A stretch of 32,000 bases of DNA from Pseudidiomarina andamanensis (GCF_009734345.1 NZ_CP032551.1:2040001-2072000); one strand, 5' to 3'; positions 1 to 9,650 are shown, numbered from the stretch's first letter. The notes: generated by a model from the letters alone, not told the origin. Program-made: numbers and translations.

Positions 1-1
1 G

Positions 2-325
2 CAGGCTGATCCGGTCACGCCCGTTTGGCGTGACTATGTGCGTGAGGCGAGAGCGACGCAACTTGAGCGTCAAGGTTGCTTAAACACTGAACTGAAGCCA
101 AGCCAGCTCGCAGAGTTCTGTAAGTTAGACGATGATGATCATCAGTTTCTAGTGGCCGCGATTGAGCAATTTAAACTGTCGCACCGTGCCTATCATCGGC
201 TGCTACGATTAGCCCGTACTATTGCTGATTTAGCTGATGCCGAGATGATTTCCCGAACCCATTTGGCCGAGGCGCTCAGCTTCCGAGCCCTCGACCGCCT
301 TTTACAGCAGTTACACGCGAGCTAG
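2..325 (+). CDS. comM: C-terminal fragment of YifB/ComM-family Mg-chelatase-like ATPase (5' end lies outside the window)
   Basis: The frame is open from the window edge; the track's M at 38 is an internal GTG. The tail HRAYHRLLRLARTIADLADAEMISRTHLAEALSFR is the typical ComM/YifB C-terminus. Confidence 0.8.
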   Translation, partial: QADPVTPVWRDYVREARATQLERQGCLNTELKPSQLAEFCKLDDDDHQFLVAAIEQFKLSHRAYHRLLRLARTIADLADAEMISRTHLAEALSFRALDRLLQQLHAS

Positions 326-1333
326 GGCTTGCTTGAATAACGTTAGTACTTGCTCGACATCAGAACGTGAAATATTCAAATGGGTCACAAGACGCATGCG
401 TTGTGAACGTGCTGTTAATACGCCGTTTTCGCGTAAGTAATCGCTTACTTTTTGAGCTGCTTCAAGGTTTGCAAAATTAACGTACACCATATTGGTTTGC
501 GCTGGCTCAACCTGCAAGTCGGCATGTTGAGTAGCAAGTTCAGCCAAGCCATCATGCAACAACTGGGCATGTGCGTGGTCGTCGGCAAGTCGCTCAATGT
601 GATGATCTAAGGCATGATCCATCGCTGCTGCAACAATACCCGCTTGGCGCATGCCGCCGCCGAGCATTTTGCGCCACCGGTGCGCGCGTTGAATAAACTT
701 TTTGGTCCCCACTAACACTGAACCAATTGGCGTGCCGAGGCCTTTTGAAAAGCAAATGGACACACTATCAAACGGCGCTGATAGCTCAGCTAGTGACAAC
801 CCAGTCGCAACACTGGCGTTAAACACCCGGGCACCATCAAGGTGCAGCTTCAGGCCATGTTTATCACATAACCGCCGTGCTTTGAGCATGTAATCCTGGG
901 GAATGACGCGGCCTGTATGGGTGTTCTCTAACGACAACAAGCGCGTGATTGGAAAGTGTGGGTCATCGGGTTTGATGCGTTTTTCAACCGCACTCAAATT
1001 CAGTGTACCGTCCGCTTCAATTTCAAACGGCTGCGGCACAATACCGCCAAGTACCGCCGCGCCGCCAGCCTCATAACGGTAGGTATGGTACTCTTGCCCA
1101 ACCAAATACTCATCGCCGCGTTGGCAGTGACTAAGTAGCGCGAGTAAGTTGGTTTGTGTGCCGCTGCTGGCAATTAACGCAGCTTCTTTCCCAGCGAGTT
1201 TGGCAACCCGTTGTTGCAATGCATTGATGGTTGGGTCATCGCCAAAAACATCGTCTCCCACAGGCGCTGCAGCCATGGCTGCGCGCATTGCGGCGGTTGG
1301 TTGCGTAACTGTGTCACTACGTAAATCAATCAT
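311..1333 (-). CDS. ltaE: low-specificity L-threonine aldolase (PLP-dependent)
   Basis: 340 aa. The N-terminus [13 protein letters not shown] and the overall beta-eliminating lyase/threonine aldolase pattern match, including the internal FSKGLG PLP-lysine region. Confidence 0.85.
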   Translation of the reverse strand: MIDLRSDTVTQPTAAMRAAMAAAPVGDDVFGDDPTINALQQRVAKLAGKEAALIASSGTQTNLLALLSHCQRGDEYLVGQEYHTYRYEAGGAAVLGGIVPQPFEIEADGTLNLSAVEKRIKPDDPHFPITRLLSLENTHTGRVIPQDYMLKARRLCDKHGLKLHLDGARVFNASVATGLSLAELSAPFDSVSICFSKGLGTPIGSVLVGTKKFIQRAHRWRKMLGGGMRQAGIVAAAMDHALDHHIERLADDHAHAQLLHDGLAELATQHADLQVEPAQTNMVYVNFANLEAAQKVSDYLRENGVLTARSQRMRLVTHLNISRSDVEQVLTLFKQALARV

Positions 1334-1368
1334 CGAAGCGAACCCTTCTCAATAATGAAAACTGAAGT

Positions 1369-1995
1369 TTACTGAGCATAACCCCAAGCTGGCGGGGGTA
1401 CATCAACTGGCGTACTTAAATCCACATGAACTTCAAAGATGCGACCTGGGCGCGATAGCTTATAGCTCATGGTTTTGTCATCGACAAAGCTAATGGTCCA
1501 AGTATTAGTCACCGAAACATCAAGGCCATTTTCAATAAACAATGCTTGGCTGGCTTCATCCACTGGGAATGCCTGCATTGTGGCGCTGCCCGCGGCTAAC
1601 GTTTGTCCACCATACGGCGATACATCGTCGGCGCTACCGTCTTCGTGCAAGTGGTAATGTTGAAAATCGATATAGCCTGGATGCTGTGTTAATACCCAAG
1701 TGCGCGAGCGGTCATCGCCGACATGCAATGGCATACGAATGGTATTTTCTTCGCAGTCACGAATATGCACCACTAAGGGTTTGTCCCAAGCTGGGCTTGG
1801 CTGGTTGTCTTCAACAATGGTTGCAGCAAAAGCCTGACCGCAATAAGGGCGAAAGGTGTTAATAAAGGTTGTCTGTTCTGCCACATAACCAGTGTTCGAA
1901 GTTTGTTCTGCTGGCGCACAAGCGGCTAACATCAAAACGCCAGCGGCGATGGCAGCACGCTGCGAAGCCGATAAATAATTGTGTAAGTGGTGCAT
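1369..1995 (-). CDS. hypothetical lipoprotein
   Basis: 208 aa with an N-terminal signal peptide and lipobox (VLMLAAC). I recognise no family. Confidence 0.55.
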   Translation of the reverse strand: MHHLHNYLSASQRAAIAAGVLMLAACAPAEQTSNTGYVAEQTTFINTFRPYCGQAFAATIVEDNQPSPAWDKPLVVHIRDCEENTIRMPLHVGDDRSRTWVLTQHPGYIDFQHYHLHEDGSADDVSPYGGQTLAAGSATMQAFPVDEASQALFIENGLDVSVTNTWTISFVDDKTMSYKLSRPGRIFEVHVDLSTPVDVPPPAWGYAQ

Positions 1996-2135
1996 CCAAT
2001 TTCCTAGTTATGTCATATTCCAAATAGTGCTGATACTTTGCCACAGCTCGCTTTGCTATAAAACAGGGCATCGTGCGATAATAACCGCCATTGAGCGCAA
2101 TTTTTAACGAATTCAAAGAAACGGATCAGACAATC

Positions 2136-3107
2136 ATGCATGTTTATCAGAATGTTTTAGAAATGATCGGCAAGACGCCGATGGTTAAGGTCTCATCTAT
2201 CGATACAGGCCCGTGTGAGCTTTATTTAAAACTAGAGCTCATGAATCCAGGTGGTTCGATTAAAGACCGCATTGCTGTGAGCATGATTGAAGCGGCTGAA
2301 AAGTCGGGTGCGCTAAAACCCGGTATGACCATTATTGAAGCGACTGCAGGCAATACCGGTTTAGGGCTTGCGTTGGTTGCTGCCAGCAAGGGCTATCCGT
2401 TAAAGATTGTCATGCCAGACAAAATGTCGGCAGAAAAGGTGAATAACCTCAAAGCGATGGGTGCCGAAGTGGTTCGTACCCGTTCAGACGTGCAAAAAGG
2501 CCACCCAGAATACTATCAAGATATGGCGGCACGTATGGCCGAAGAGAACGGCTATTTTTACGTGAACCAGTTTGCGAACCCTGCGAACGTTGAAGCGCAC
2601 TATAAAACGACTGGCCCTGAAATTTGGGAACAAATGCAAGGTAACCTAGATGCGTTTGTGTGTGGCGTTGGCTCTGGCGGCACGCTGACCGGTATTGGTC
2701 GTTACCTGCGTGAGCAAAACGGTGCGGTTGACTTAGTCTTGGCTGATCCAGATGGCTCAATTCTTGAACCGATGATTAACCGTGGTGAAACAGTTGAAGC
2801 GGGTAGCTGGTTAGTTGAAGGCATTGGTGAAGACTTCGTGCCAGACATCTGCGATATCCAATTGGCGAACAAGGCGTACGCAATTAGCGATAAAGAAGCG
2901 TTTCATACCGCTCGTGAAGTACTAGTGAAAGAAGGCGTGATGGTTGGTTCGTCAAGCGGTACCCTAATTGCCGCAGCGCTGCGCTACTGCCGTGAGCAAA
3001 CAGAACCAAAACGCGTGGTCACTTTGGCTTGCGATACCGGTAATCGCTACCTTTCAAAACTTTATAACGACGAGTGGATGGCCGCTCAAAATTTGCTGGA
3101 GAAGTAA
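2136..3107 (+). CDS. cystathionine beta-synthase / cysteine synthase family enzyme (PLP fold type II, no CBS domains)
   Basis: MHVYQNVLEMIGKTPMVKV is the canonical CysK/CBS N-terminus, and GGSIKDR is the PLP-lysine motif. The track start at 2091 is a TTG; the ATG at 2136 fits family N-termini better. The gene abuts a cystathionine gamma-lyase gene. Confidence 0.8.
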   Translation: MHVYQNVLEMIGKTPMVKVSSIDTGPCELYLKLELMNPGGSIKDRIAVSMIEAAEKSGALKPGMTIIEATAGNTGLGLALVAASKGYPLKIVMPDKMSAEKVNNLKAMGAEVVRTRSDVQKGHPEYYQDMAARMAEENGYFYVNQFANPANVEAHYKTTGPEIWEQMQGNLDAFVCGVGSGGTLTGIGRYLREQNGAVDLVLADPDGSILEPMINRGETVEAGSWLVEGIGEDFVPDICDIQLANKAYAISDKEAFHTAREVLVKEGVMVGSSSGTLIAAALRYCREQTEPKRVVTLACDTGNRYLSKLYNDEWMAAQNLLEK

Positions 3108-3108
3108 T

Positions 3109-4272
3109 ATGGCTGATGCAAAGAACATGAAATTCGCAACGCGCGCCATTCATGGCGGACAATCACCTGAGCCGGCAACCGGCGCTGTCATGCCGCCTAT
3201 TTTTACCAGCTCAACCTATATTCAAGAAAGCCCAGGCGTGCACAAAGGCTTTGAATACTCGCGTTCACACAACCCAACACGATTTGCTTGGGAACGCGCG
3301 GTGGCGAGCCTTGAAGGCGGGAAGCAAGGCTTAGCTTTCGCTTCTGGTATGGCGGCAACGTCAACAATTATGGAGCTGCTGGATAGCGGTGATCACGTCA
3401 TTGCTATGGATGACCTGTACGGCGGTACCTTCCGTCTATTTGATAAAGTACGCGGTCGCTCGGCGGGCCTCGAATTTTCTTACGTTGATTTGGCTGACTT
3501 GAGTGCGGTTGAAACAGCGATTACGCCAAAAACTCGCATGATTTGGATTGAAACGCCAAGCAACCCAATGTTGAAGCTGGTTGATATTGCTGCTGTAGCG
3601 GCTATTGCAAAACAGCACAACATGATTGTGGTGGTGGATAACACCTTTGCGACGCCTTACAACCAACGTCCACTCGAAATGGGTGCTGATATTGTCATGC
3701 ACTCGGCAACCAAATACCTGAACGGCCACTCGGATATGGTTGGCGGTATTGCGGTAGTCGGTGACAACGACGAGCTCGTGGAAAAAATGCTGTTTTTGCA
3801 AAACTCGGTTGGTGCGGTTGCTGGACCATTTGATAGCTATTTGGCATTGCGCGGCGTGAAAACCTTGGCGCTACGTATGAAGCATCATAACGAGGCGGCA
3901 TTGAAGCTGGCGCAATGGCTTGAAGCACATCCACAAGTTGAGAAAGTCATTTACCCAGGCTTACCAAGTCACCCGCAACATGAGTTGGCGAAAAAGCAAA
4001 TGAGCGGCTTTGGCGGTATGATTTCGATTTTGCTGAAAGGTGATTTAGACAAGGCGCGTCGCTTCTTAGAAGCCGTCGAAATTTTCGCGTTGGCGGAAAG
4101 CCTTGGCGGTGTTGAGAGCCTAATCGAGCACCCAGCGATTATGACGCATGCGTCAATTCCGAAAGAAAATCGTGAAAAACTAGGGATTTTGGACAACTTT
4201 GTTCGAATTTCGGTGGGTATCGAAGATCCTGATGACCTCATCGCGGACTTAGATCGTGCTCTAAGCGCCTGA
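3109..4272 (+). CDS. cystathionine gamma-lyase/gamma-synthase family PLP enzyme (Cys/Met metabolism)
   Basis: The family hallmarks MADAKNMKFATRAIHGG ... SATKYLNGHSD (PLP lysine) are present. The ATG at 3109 lies 1 nt after the upstream stop. The track's longer ORF from 2968 overlaps the upstream gene and is rejected. Confidence 0.85.
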   Translation: MADAKNMKFATRAIHGGQSPEPATGAVMPPIFTSSTYIQESPGVHKGFEYSRSHNPTRFAWERAVASLEGGKQGLAFASGMAATSTIMELLDSGDHVIAMDDLYGGTFRLFDKVRGRSAGLEFSYVDLADLSAVETAITPKTRMIWIETPSNPMLKLVDIAAVAAIAKQHNMIVVVDNTFATPYNQRPLEMGADIVMHSATKYLNGHSDMVGGIAVVGDNDELVEKMLFLQNSVGAVAGPFDSYLALRGVKTLALRMKHHNEAALKLAQWLEAHPQVEKVIYPGLPSHPQHELAKKQMSGFGGMISILLKGDLDKARRFLEAVEIFALAESLGGVESLIEHPAIMTHASIPKENREKLGILDNFVRISVGIEDPDDLIADLDRALSA

Positions 4273-4284
4273 TATTTCAGGCGC
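4265..4284 (+). terminator. possible stem-loop terminator overlapping the stop codon of the gamma-lyase gene
   Basis: GCGCCTGA / TCAGGCGC forms an 8-bp stem with a 4-nt loop. The downstream sequence is only weakly T-rich. Confidence 0.35.
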
Positions 4285-4363
4285 ATTAACACTCTTTTAC
4301 AATTTCATGAAGATACGGTAGGCTAATTCCCACAATAAAAACAGAATAAACAAGGAACAAAAT

Positions 4364-4570
4364 ATGCCTATTAGCCTGTTTCTTTTACAAGGGTTAGTGG
4401 CGGCATTGTTGTTTTATGTGTTGGTCGGGCAGTATCATCGCCAACCGTTGTGGAATATGCTTGCCGTATTACTTTGTGGACTTGTACCGCCGGTCAACTG
4501 GTTGGTATTAATGGTTGCTGTTGGTGTGCGTATGTGGCGCAAATCAACGCCGATGGTGCCAATTAAATAG
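4364..4570 (+). CDS. small hypothetical membrane protein (two predicted TM helices)
   Basis: 68 aa and strongly hydrophobic. AAGGAA lies about 8 nt upstream of the ATG. Confidence 0.45.
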   Translation: MPISLFLLQGLVAALLFYVLVGQYHRQPLWNMLAVLLCGLVPPVNWLVLMVAVGVRMWRKSTPMVPIK

Positions 4571-4588
4571 CTGCATTAAATAACTACA

Positions 4589-5035
4589 ATGGAGTTTGCT
4601 GTCTCTATGTCTTCGTCGTCTTTACGCCCGTTTCATTTGGCCGTGCCAGTACACGATATTGCAAAGGCTCGCGAGTTTTATGGCGAAATTTTAGGGCTAA
4701 GTGAAGGCCGTAGCAGCGAACACTGGGTTGATTGGAACTTCTTTGGTCACCAATTCGTCACACACCTCGCGCCAGATCGCGCAGGTGTTGCACATCGCAA
4801 CCCAGTGGACGGGCACGATGTGCCGGTGCCACATTTCGGTGTGGTGTTAACAATGGACGATTGGCATGTTTTGGCAGAGAAAGTGAAAGCGGCTGGCATC
4901 GCGTTTGTGATTGAGCCGCATATTCGTTTTCAAGGTCTACCGGGCGAACAGGCCACCATGTTTTTCTATGATTTCAGTGGCAATGCGCTGGAATTCAAAG
5001 CGTTTAACGACCTCGGTCAGCTGTTCGCGAAGTAA
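4589..5035 (+). CDS. VOC (glyoxalase/bleomycin-resistance/dioxygenase) family protein
   Basis: [24 protein letters not shown] is the typical VOC beta-alpha-beta-beta-beta N-terminal module. The start could instead be the ATG at 4607. Confidence 0.7.
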   Translation: MEFAVSMSSSSLRPFHLAVPVHDIAKAREFYGEILGLSEGRSSEHWVDWNFFGHQFVTHLAPDRAGVAHRNPVDGHDVPVPHFGVVLTMDDWHVLAEKVKAAGIAFVIEPHIRFQGLPGEQATMFFYDFSGNALEFKAFNDLGQLFAK

Positions 5036-5047
5036 TTGATCAGTTCA

Positions 5048-5989
5048 CTATGAAATGATTGCTGGCGGTGCACTATTGCCGCCGCTAATAATCACCCCAA
5101 TACGCTTCCCTTTGAATAGCTTCGAATACCGTTGAATAGCGGCAATGACCGTTGCCGATGAAGGTTCTATCCACTGATCGGTTAAGTCAAACACCAGCTT
5201 TTGTGCAGCCAACGCCTCGCCATCGGTCACCAACAAAATATCATCCACATTCTGGCGAATGATCGGAAAGGTTTGATCACCAACACTCGTTAGCAGACCA
5301 TCGCAAACACTCAATGGTGGCATGGCAGGTTGCAGCACACCTGTTCGAAACGACGCTTCACCATCAGCAGCAAGCTCAGGTTCCACACCAAATACCTGCG
5401 CTATGCCATGCGCTTTGGCCGCGACCGAAGTGCCGCTTAACAAACCACCACCACCAAGCGGCGCAATCACACAATCAAGCTCCGGTTGCTCTTGCAGTAA
5501 TTCATAGGTTGCAGTGCCTTGTCCCTGCCAAATATGGGCATGATTATAAGGTGGAATGAATATTCTTCCGGTTGCGCGCTGCGCAGCGACAAAGGCTTCA
5601 CGAGCTGCCATTCCCGGCTCTATAGTCACCAATTCGGCATCATACTTGGCCATGTTCGCGCGTTTCACTGACGATGCGTTCGCCGCAACACCAACCCGGA
5701 CCTTGATGCCAAGTTGTTGCCCAGCCGCTGCCAAAGCCGCACCGTGGTTCCCCGATGACACCGTATAGACGCCTTGCTTACGCTCAGCTTCCGTCAGTTT
5801 CAACAAGGCATGGCAGGCACCACGATATTTAAATGCGCCGGTATGCTGCAAGTGCTCGCATTTCAGCCACACGCTCGCACCAAGCGCGTCATTGAGTTTC
5901 AGGCTAACCAGCACGGTGGTGCGCCGAACCATGGGCGCAATTAATTTTGCTGCCGCTTGAATGGAAGAAGAGTCGAGTTGCAAAGTCAT
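5048..5989 (-). CDS. threonine/serine dehydratase family PLP-dependent enzyme
   Basis: 313 aa. The pattern EHLQHTGAFKYRGA (PLP lysine) and the GGGGL glycine loop indicate a fold-type II dehydratase or racemase. Confidence 0.75.
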   Translation of the reverse strand: MTLQLDSSSIQAAAKLIAPMVRRTTVLVSLKLNDALGASVWLKCEHLQHTGAFKYRGACHALLKLTEAERKQGVYTVSSGNHGAALAAAGQQLGIKVRVGVAANASSVKRANMAKYDAELVTIEPGMAAREAFVAAQRATGRIFIPPYNHAHIWQGQGTATYELLQEQPELDCVIAPLGGGGLLSGTSVAAKAHGIAQVFGVEPELAADGEASFRTGVLQPAMPPLSVCDGLLTSVGDQTFPIIRQNVDDILLVTDGEALAAQKLVFDLTDQWIEPSSATVIAAIQRYSKLFKGKRIGVIISGGNSAPPAIIS

Positions 5990-6018
5990 AAAGCGTATAC
6001 TACCTCAACAGAAAAACG

Positions 6019-6086
6019 TTATTCGTTATTCGTTAGTCGTTATTAGAAAAAAGCGCCTCGAATAACTAATAACGACTAACGATTAA
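6019..6086. repeat. inverted pair of heptad-periodic repeats (4 x TTAKTNG on each strand), forming a 23-bp-arm palindrome
   Basis: The + strand reads TTATTCG TTATTCG TTAGTCG TTATTAG (6019-6046). The - strand reads TTAATCG TTAGTCG TTATTAG TTATTCG (6086-6059). Arms 6024-6046 and 6066-6088 pair with one mismatch, separated by a 19-nt loop. Confidence 0.85.
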
Positions 6087-6102
6087 CGTCTTTGGGGTTT
6101 TT

Positions 6103-6717
6103 ATGGTTTTAAACACGTTTGAGCGCATCCGCGCCCTACCCTTAGCATACCAAACCGTCATGGCCTTATACTTATGCCAACGCATGGTGCCAAATTACGA
6201 ACTATTCCACCATGTTACTGGCTTTGGTGATCCAAAACCACTGCAAGGCGCACTCAGTGCGTGTTGGGATTGGGCATGGCAAGGGAAAGCTGTGAAAGTT
6301 AATTTTTCACGCTGGCAAGAAAAAGTGGATGAGGTAACGCCAAGCGAGCATGGTCACGATATGCTCGGCGTGTACCCAGCCATGGATGCGTGCACGGCCA
6401 TTAGCACCTTATTACAAGGGCTAATGGACCAGAATAGTGCTGATTTGGTAAGCGTAGCAAAGGTATCGCAGGCGAGTGTTGCGAAATTTTTGGAGCTTAC
6501 TGAAGGCGCTGAGATGGATGCGCAAGAGCGTCGAAAACTTTTACGTGAACATGAGCTGGTTCAATACGAAATTGAAGTACAGCAAGCCATTCTCAATTAC
6601 CTAGAAACCTTGGCTGCAACGCAAGCGCAACCAAGCCAAGAGTTGGTTCGCCAGGTTCGCGACATGGTCGCTGACGAAGGCGTTTCAAATATCGGCGTGA
6701 GTATGGCCGACGAGTAG
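6103..6717 (+). CDS. yjaG: DUF416 family protein (YjaG-like)
   Basis: 204 aa. The N-terminus (FERIRALPLAYQTVMALYLCQRMVPNYELF) and the size fit YjaG/DUF416. Confidence 0.7.
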   Translation: MVLNTFERIRALPLAYQTVMALYLCQRMVPNYELFHHVTGFGDPKPLQGALSACWDWAWQGKAVKVNFSRWQEKVDEVTPSEHGHDMLGVYPAMDACTAISTLLQGLMDQNSADLVSVAKVSQASVAKFLELTEGAEMDAQERRKLLREHELVQYEIEVQQAILNYLETLAATQAQPSQELVRQVRDMVADEGVSNIGVSMADE

Positions 6718-7023
6718 CTAAGACTCGTCGTTCGTCTGTTCCGTTTGAGCTTGGGTGCGTGCCGGTTGTGCGCGCACTATGGCTAACCAACCAACCACGC
6801 CAAAAAATATAATTTGCCAATAGTCGCCGCGTCGCCATTGAATGTGCTCTTTGTACACCGTGGCGAACATGAGTAACTGCAGTAAGTGCAACGCAATCAG
6901 CAAGACCATTAAGAAGAGAAAAAACGCGAAGCCTTTGCCTTCGAATGGTGCCACAATATTTGCCAGCATCACGCCCCAAATCACCGCGAAAATCAGTCGT
7001 CCAAGCCAAACCGCAATGCCCAT
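6718..7023 (-). CDS. yhhL: DUF1145 small inner-membrane protein (YhhL-like)
   Basis: 101 aa and hydrophobic. It lies immediately downstream of rsmD, as in the E. coli rsmD-yhhL arrangement. Confidence 0.65.
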   Translation of the reverse strand: MGIAVWLGRLIFAVIWGVMLANIVAPFEGKGFAFFLFLMVLLIALHLLQLLMFATVYKEHIQWRRGDYWQIIFFGVVGWLAIVRAQPARTQAQTEQTNDES

Positions 7024-7053
7024 ATATGAAATATCCTTGTTAATAAAATTAAA

Positions 7054-7680
7054 TTAATTCACGTGATATAAGCGAAATGCAACCTGACCGGCAAACTTTT
7101 CGCGATGCAGTTGCCATGTAGCCGGTACTTGCGGCTGAATTGCTTTCTCAGTTTCCACATACACCCAGCTGCCGCTACTCACCCAATTGTTCTGCGCGAT
7201 GAGCGTCAAACAATCGTCAGCTAATCCCATGCCAAATGGCGGGTCGACAAAAATTACGTCAAAGCTAGAATCGGGTTGTTGCTGTAAAAAATGCAGGGCA
7301 TCGCCGCGTTGAACAAGCGCTTGCCCAGTCACAGCCTCGGATAGCTTGGCGGCATGTTGGGCTAGTAAATTCGCGGCTTGCGCGTCTTTTTCAACCAAAA
7401 TAACTTGCTGCGCGCCACGCGATAAGGCTTCAAAAGCCAGTGCGCCGCTACCGGCAAATAAATCGATGCAGCGGCTATCGGTTAACTCAAACTGCAGCCA
7501 ATTGAATAGCGTTTCGCGAACTCGGTCGGTGGTTGGGCGTAAACCGGGTACATCAGCGATAGTGAGCTTACGACCGCGCAATAGCCCACCAATAATGCGT
7601 AGTTCACCCGCGCCTTTGTGCGAACGTTGCTTGGCGTCATGGCGAGGTGTGCTTTTCTGCTTGTACGAGCTTCGCGGCAT
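7054..7680 (-). CDS. rsmD: 16S rRNA (guanine966-N2)-methyltransferase
   Basis: The motifs LFAGSGALAFEALSRGA (SAM site) and FVDPPF are present. The gene is divergent from ftsY, as in E. coli. Confidence 0.85.
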   Translation of the reverse strand: MPRSSYKQKSTPRHDAKQRSHKGAGELRIIGGLLRGRKLTIADVPGLRPTTDRVRETLFNWLQFELTDSRCIDLFAGSGALAFEALSRGAQQVILVEKDAQAANLLAQHAAKLSEAVTGQALVQRGDALHFLQQQPDSSFDVIFVDPPFGMGLADDCLTLIAQNNWVSSGSWVYVETEKAIQPQVPATWQLHREKFAGQVAFRLYHVN

Positions 7681-7767
7681 GCTAAAGTAAGCCTTCTTTT
7701 ATTTGACGTGTTAAACTGTGTGCCATTGTAAACCGAGCAGCAGTGAACTTCCAAAGGTAAAGCAGGC

Positions 7768-8982
7768 ATGGCCAAAGGATCTTTTTTCTCGTTATTTCGC
7801 AAAAATAAGCAGAGCGATGCTGAGCAGGCATCGACAGAGAAAGACCACGAACAACACGAACAGCAGCAAGAGCCGCAACAAGAACAGCAGCTGAAACATG
7901 AATCAGTCGCGTCCGAAGCACTTCCAGAAGAGCCGTCAGTAGCCGAGGTGGCTGCGCCTGATGCCGCTGAAATTTGTGCACAAGTTACCGCCGAATCAAA
8001 AGCTGCCGAGCAAGCGAAACAACCTGAAACCCAGTCAAAGCCAAGCTTGTGGAAACGTTTAACCGCCGGGTTACGCAAAACATCGTCAGCCATTGGCGAC
8101 GGTTTGTGGGGTATTTTTAAAGACAATAAAATTGATGACGAGCTGTTTGAGGAGCTCGAAACTCAGCTCTTAACCGCCGATATTGGCGTGCCAACAACAT
8201 TGAAAATTGTCGAGCGTTTGACCGAGCAAGCGAATCGGAAACAACTCAAAGATTCCGCCGAGCTGTTTAAATTGTTGCAGCAAGACATGACGGATATTTT
8301 GTCCCCCGTGGCACAACCATTAACTATTCCAAACGACCATGAAGGCCCGTTTGTGATTCTCATGGTAGGTGTGAACGGAGTTGGTAAAACCACAACGATT
8401 GGTAAGTTAGCCCAGCAATTTAAGCGCGAAGGCAAGTCGGTGATGCTAGCGGCCGGGGATACCTTCCGTGCGGCGGCGGTTGAACAACTACAAGTGTGGG
8501 GCCAGCGTAATGACATTCCGGTGGTTGCCCAACATACAGGTGCCGATAGTGCATCAGTGATTTATGATGCGGTTGAAGCAGCCAAAGCGCGTGGTGTTGA
8601 TGTGCTGATTGCCGACACTGCAGGGCGTTTACAGAATAAAGCGCACCTGATGGACGAGCTGAAGAAAGTGGTGCGCGTGATGCGCAAGCTGGATGAACAT
8701 GCACCGCACGAAGTGATGTTAACGCTGGACGCAGGCACAGGCCAAAATGCTATAAGCCAAGCTAAGTTATTTACCGAAGCCGTTGGCGTGAGTGGTATTA
8801 CACTAACTAAACTAGATGGTACGGCGAAAGGCGGTGTAATTTTTGCTATTGCCGACCAATTTAATATTCCAATTCGCTACATTGGTGTGGGCGAGGGAAT
8901 AGACGATTTGCGACCGTTTGATGCGCAAGAATTTGTTGATGCCTTATTTCAACGCGAACTGAAAGAGACACAACCATCATGA
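7768..8982 (+). CDS. ftsY: signal recognition particle receptor FtsY
   Basis: An acidic, Q/E-rich N-terminal domain is followed by an NG domain with GVNGVGKTTTIGK, DTAGR and TKLDG motifs. ftsE and ftsX follow. Confidence 0.95.
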   Translation: MAKGSFFSLFRKNKQSDAEQASTEKDHEQHEQQQEPQQEQQLKHESVASEALPEEPSVAEVAAPDAAEICAQVTAESKAAEQAKQPETQSKPSLWKRLTAGLRKTSSAIGDGLWGIFKDNKIDDELFEELETQLLTADIGVPTTLKIVERLTEQANRKQLKDSAELFKLLQQDMTDILSPVAQPLTIPNDHEGPFVILMVGVNGVGKTTTIGKLAQQFKREGKSVMLAAGDTFRAAAVEQLQVWGQRNDIPVVAQHTGADSASVIYDAVEAAKARGVDVLIADTAGRLQNKAHLMDELKKVVRVMRKLDEHAPHEVMLTLDAGTGQNAISQAKLFTEAVGVSGITLTKLDGTAKGGVIFAIADQFNIPIRYIGVGEGIDDLRPFDAQEFVDALFQRELKETQPS

Positions 8983-9650
8983 TCAAGTTTGAGCAGGTGA
9001 GTAAAACCTATCCGGGCGGCTTTCAGGCATTGAACAATGTCAGCTTTCACTTGGAGCAGGGCGAAATGGCTTTTCTAACCGGTCATTCTGGCGCTGGTAA
9101 AAGTACCTTACTCAAGCTCATTAGTATGATGGAGCGGCCAACAGCAGGCCGTGTGATGATCAACGGTCACGATCTCAAGCGTATTCATTCGCGCCAAATT
9201 CCATATGCGCGCCGCGACATCGGCATGATTTTTCAAGATCACCGCTTGCTGATGGATAAAACCGTTTTTGATAATGTCGCGCTGCCCCTATTAATTGAAG
9301 GTTACAGCATGCAAGAAGCGCGCAAGCGCGTGCATGCTGCGCTTGAAAAAGTCGGATTGAGCGACAAAGTACGCCATTACCCAATGATGTTATCGGGCGG
9401 TGAACAGCAACGCATCGGTATTGCTCGTGCGGTTGTGAATAAGCCACCGTTGCTGTTAGCAGATGAGCCTACTGGTAACCTTGATCCAAAATTATCGATG
9501 GAAATCATTCGATTATTCGAAGATTTCAATCGAGTCGGCGTATCGGTTCTGATTGCCACGCACGATTTAGGACTCATAGCTCGTTTGCGTTATCGCACAT
9601 TGACCTTGCGCGATGGCCGTATGATTAACGATGGTTTGCAGGAGAGCTAA
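8979..9650 (+). CDS. ftsE: cell-division ABC transporter ATP-binding protein FtsE
   Basis: Walker A GHSGAGKST, the LSGGEQQR signature and Walker B LLLADEP are present. The start overlaps the ftsY stop by 4 nt. Confidence 0.95.
   Translation: MIKFEQVSKTYPGGFQALNNVSFHLEQGEMAFLTGHSGAGKSTLLKLISMMERPTAGRVMINGHDLKRIHSRQIPYARRDIGMIFQDHRLLMDKTVFDNVALPLLIEGYSMQEARKRVHAALEKVGLSDKVRHYPMMLSGGEQQRIGIARAVVNKPPLLLADEPTGNLDPKLSMEIIRLFEDFNRVGVSVLIATHDLGLIARLRYRTLTLRDGRMINDGLQES

Noticed and set aside
2968-3108. 5' extension of the gamma-lyase ORF as given in the track (434 aa)
   Set aside because: The extension overlaps the last 140 nt of the upstream synthase gene in another frame. The family N-terminus (..FATRAIHGG) begins right after the ATG at 3109.
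7482-8126. 214-aa ORF on the - strand, rich in Cys and Ser
   Set aside because: It is entirely antisense to rsmD's 5' region and to the repetitive acidic Q/E-rich N-domain of ftsY. Its low-complexity composition is the mirror of GAA/CAG repeats. It has no RBS and no recognisable family.
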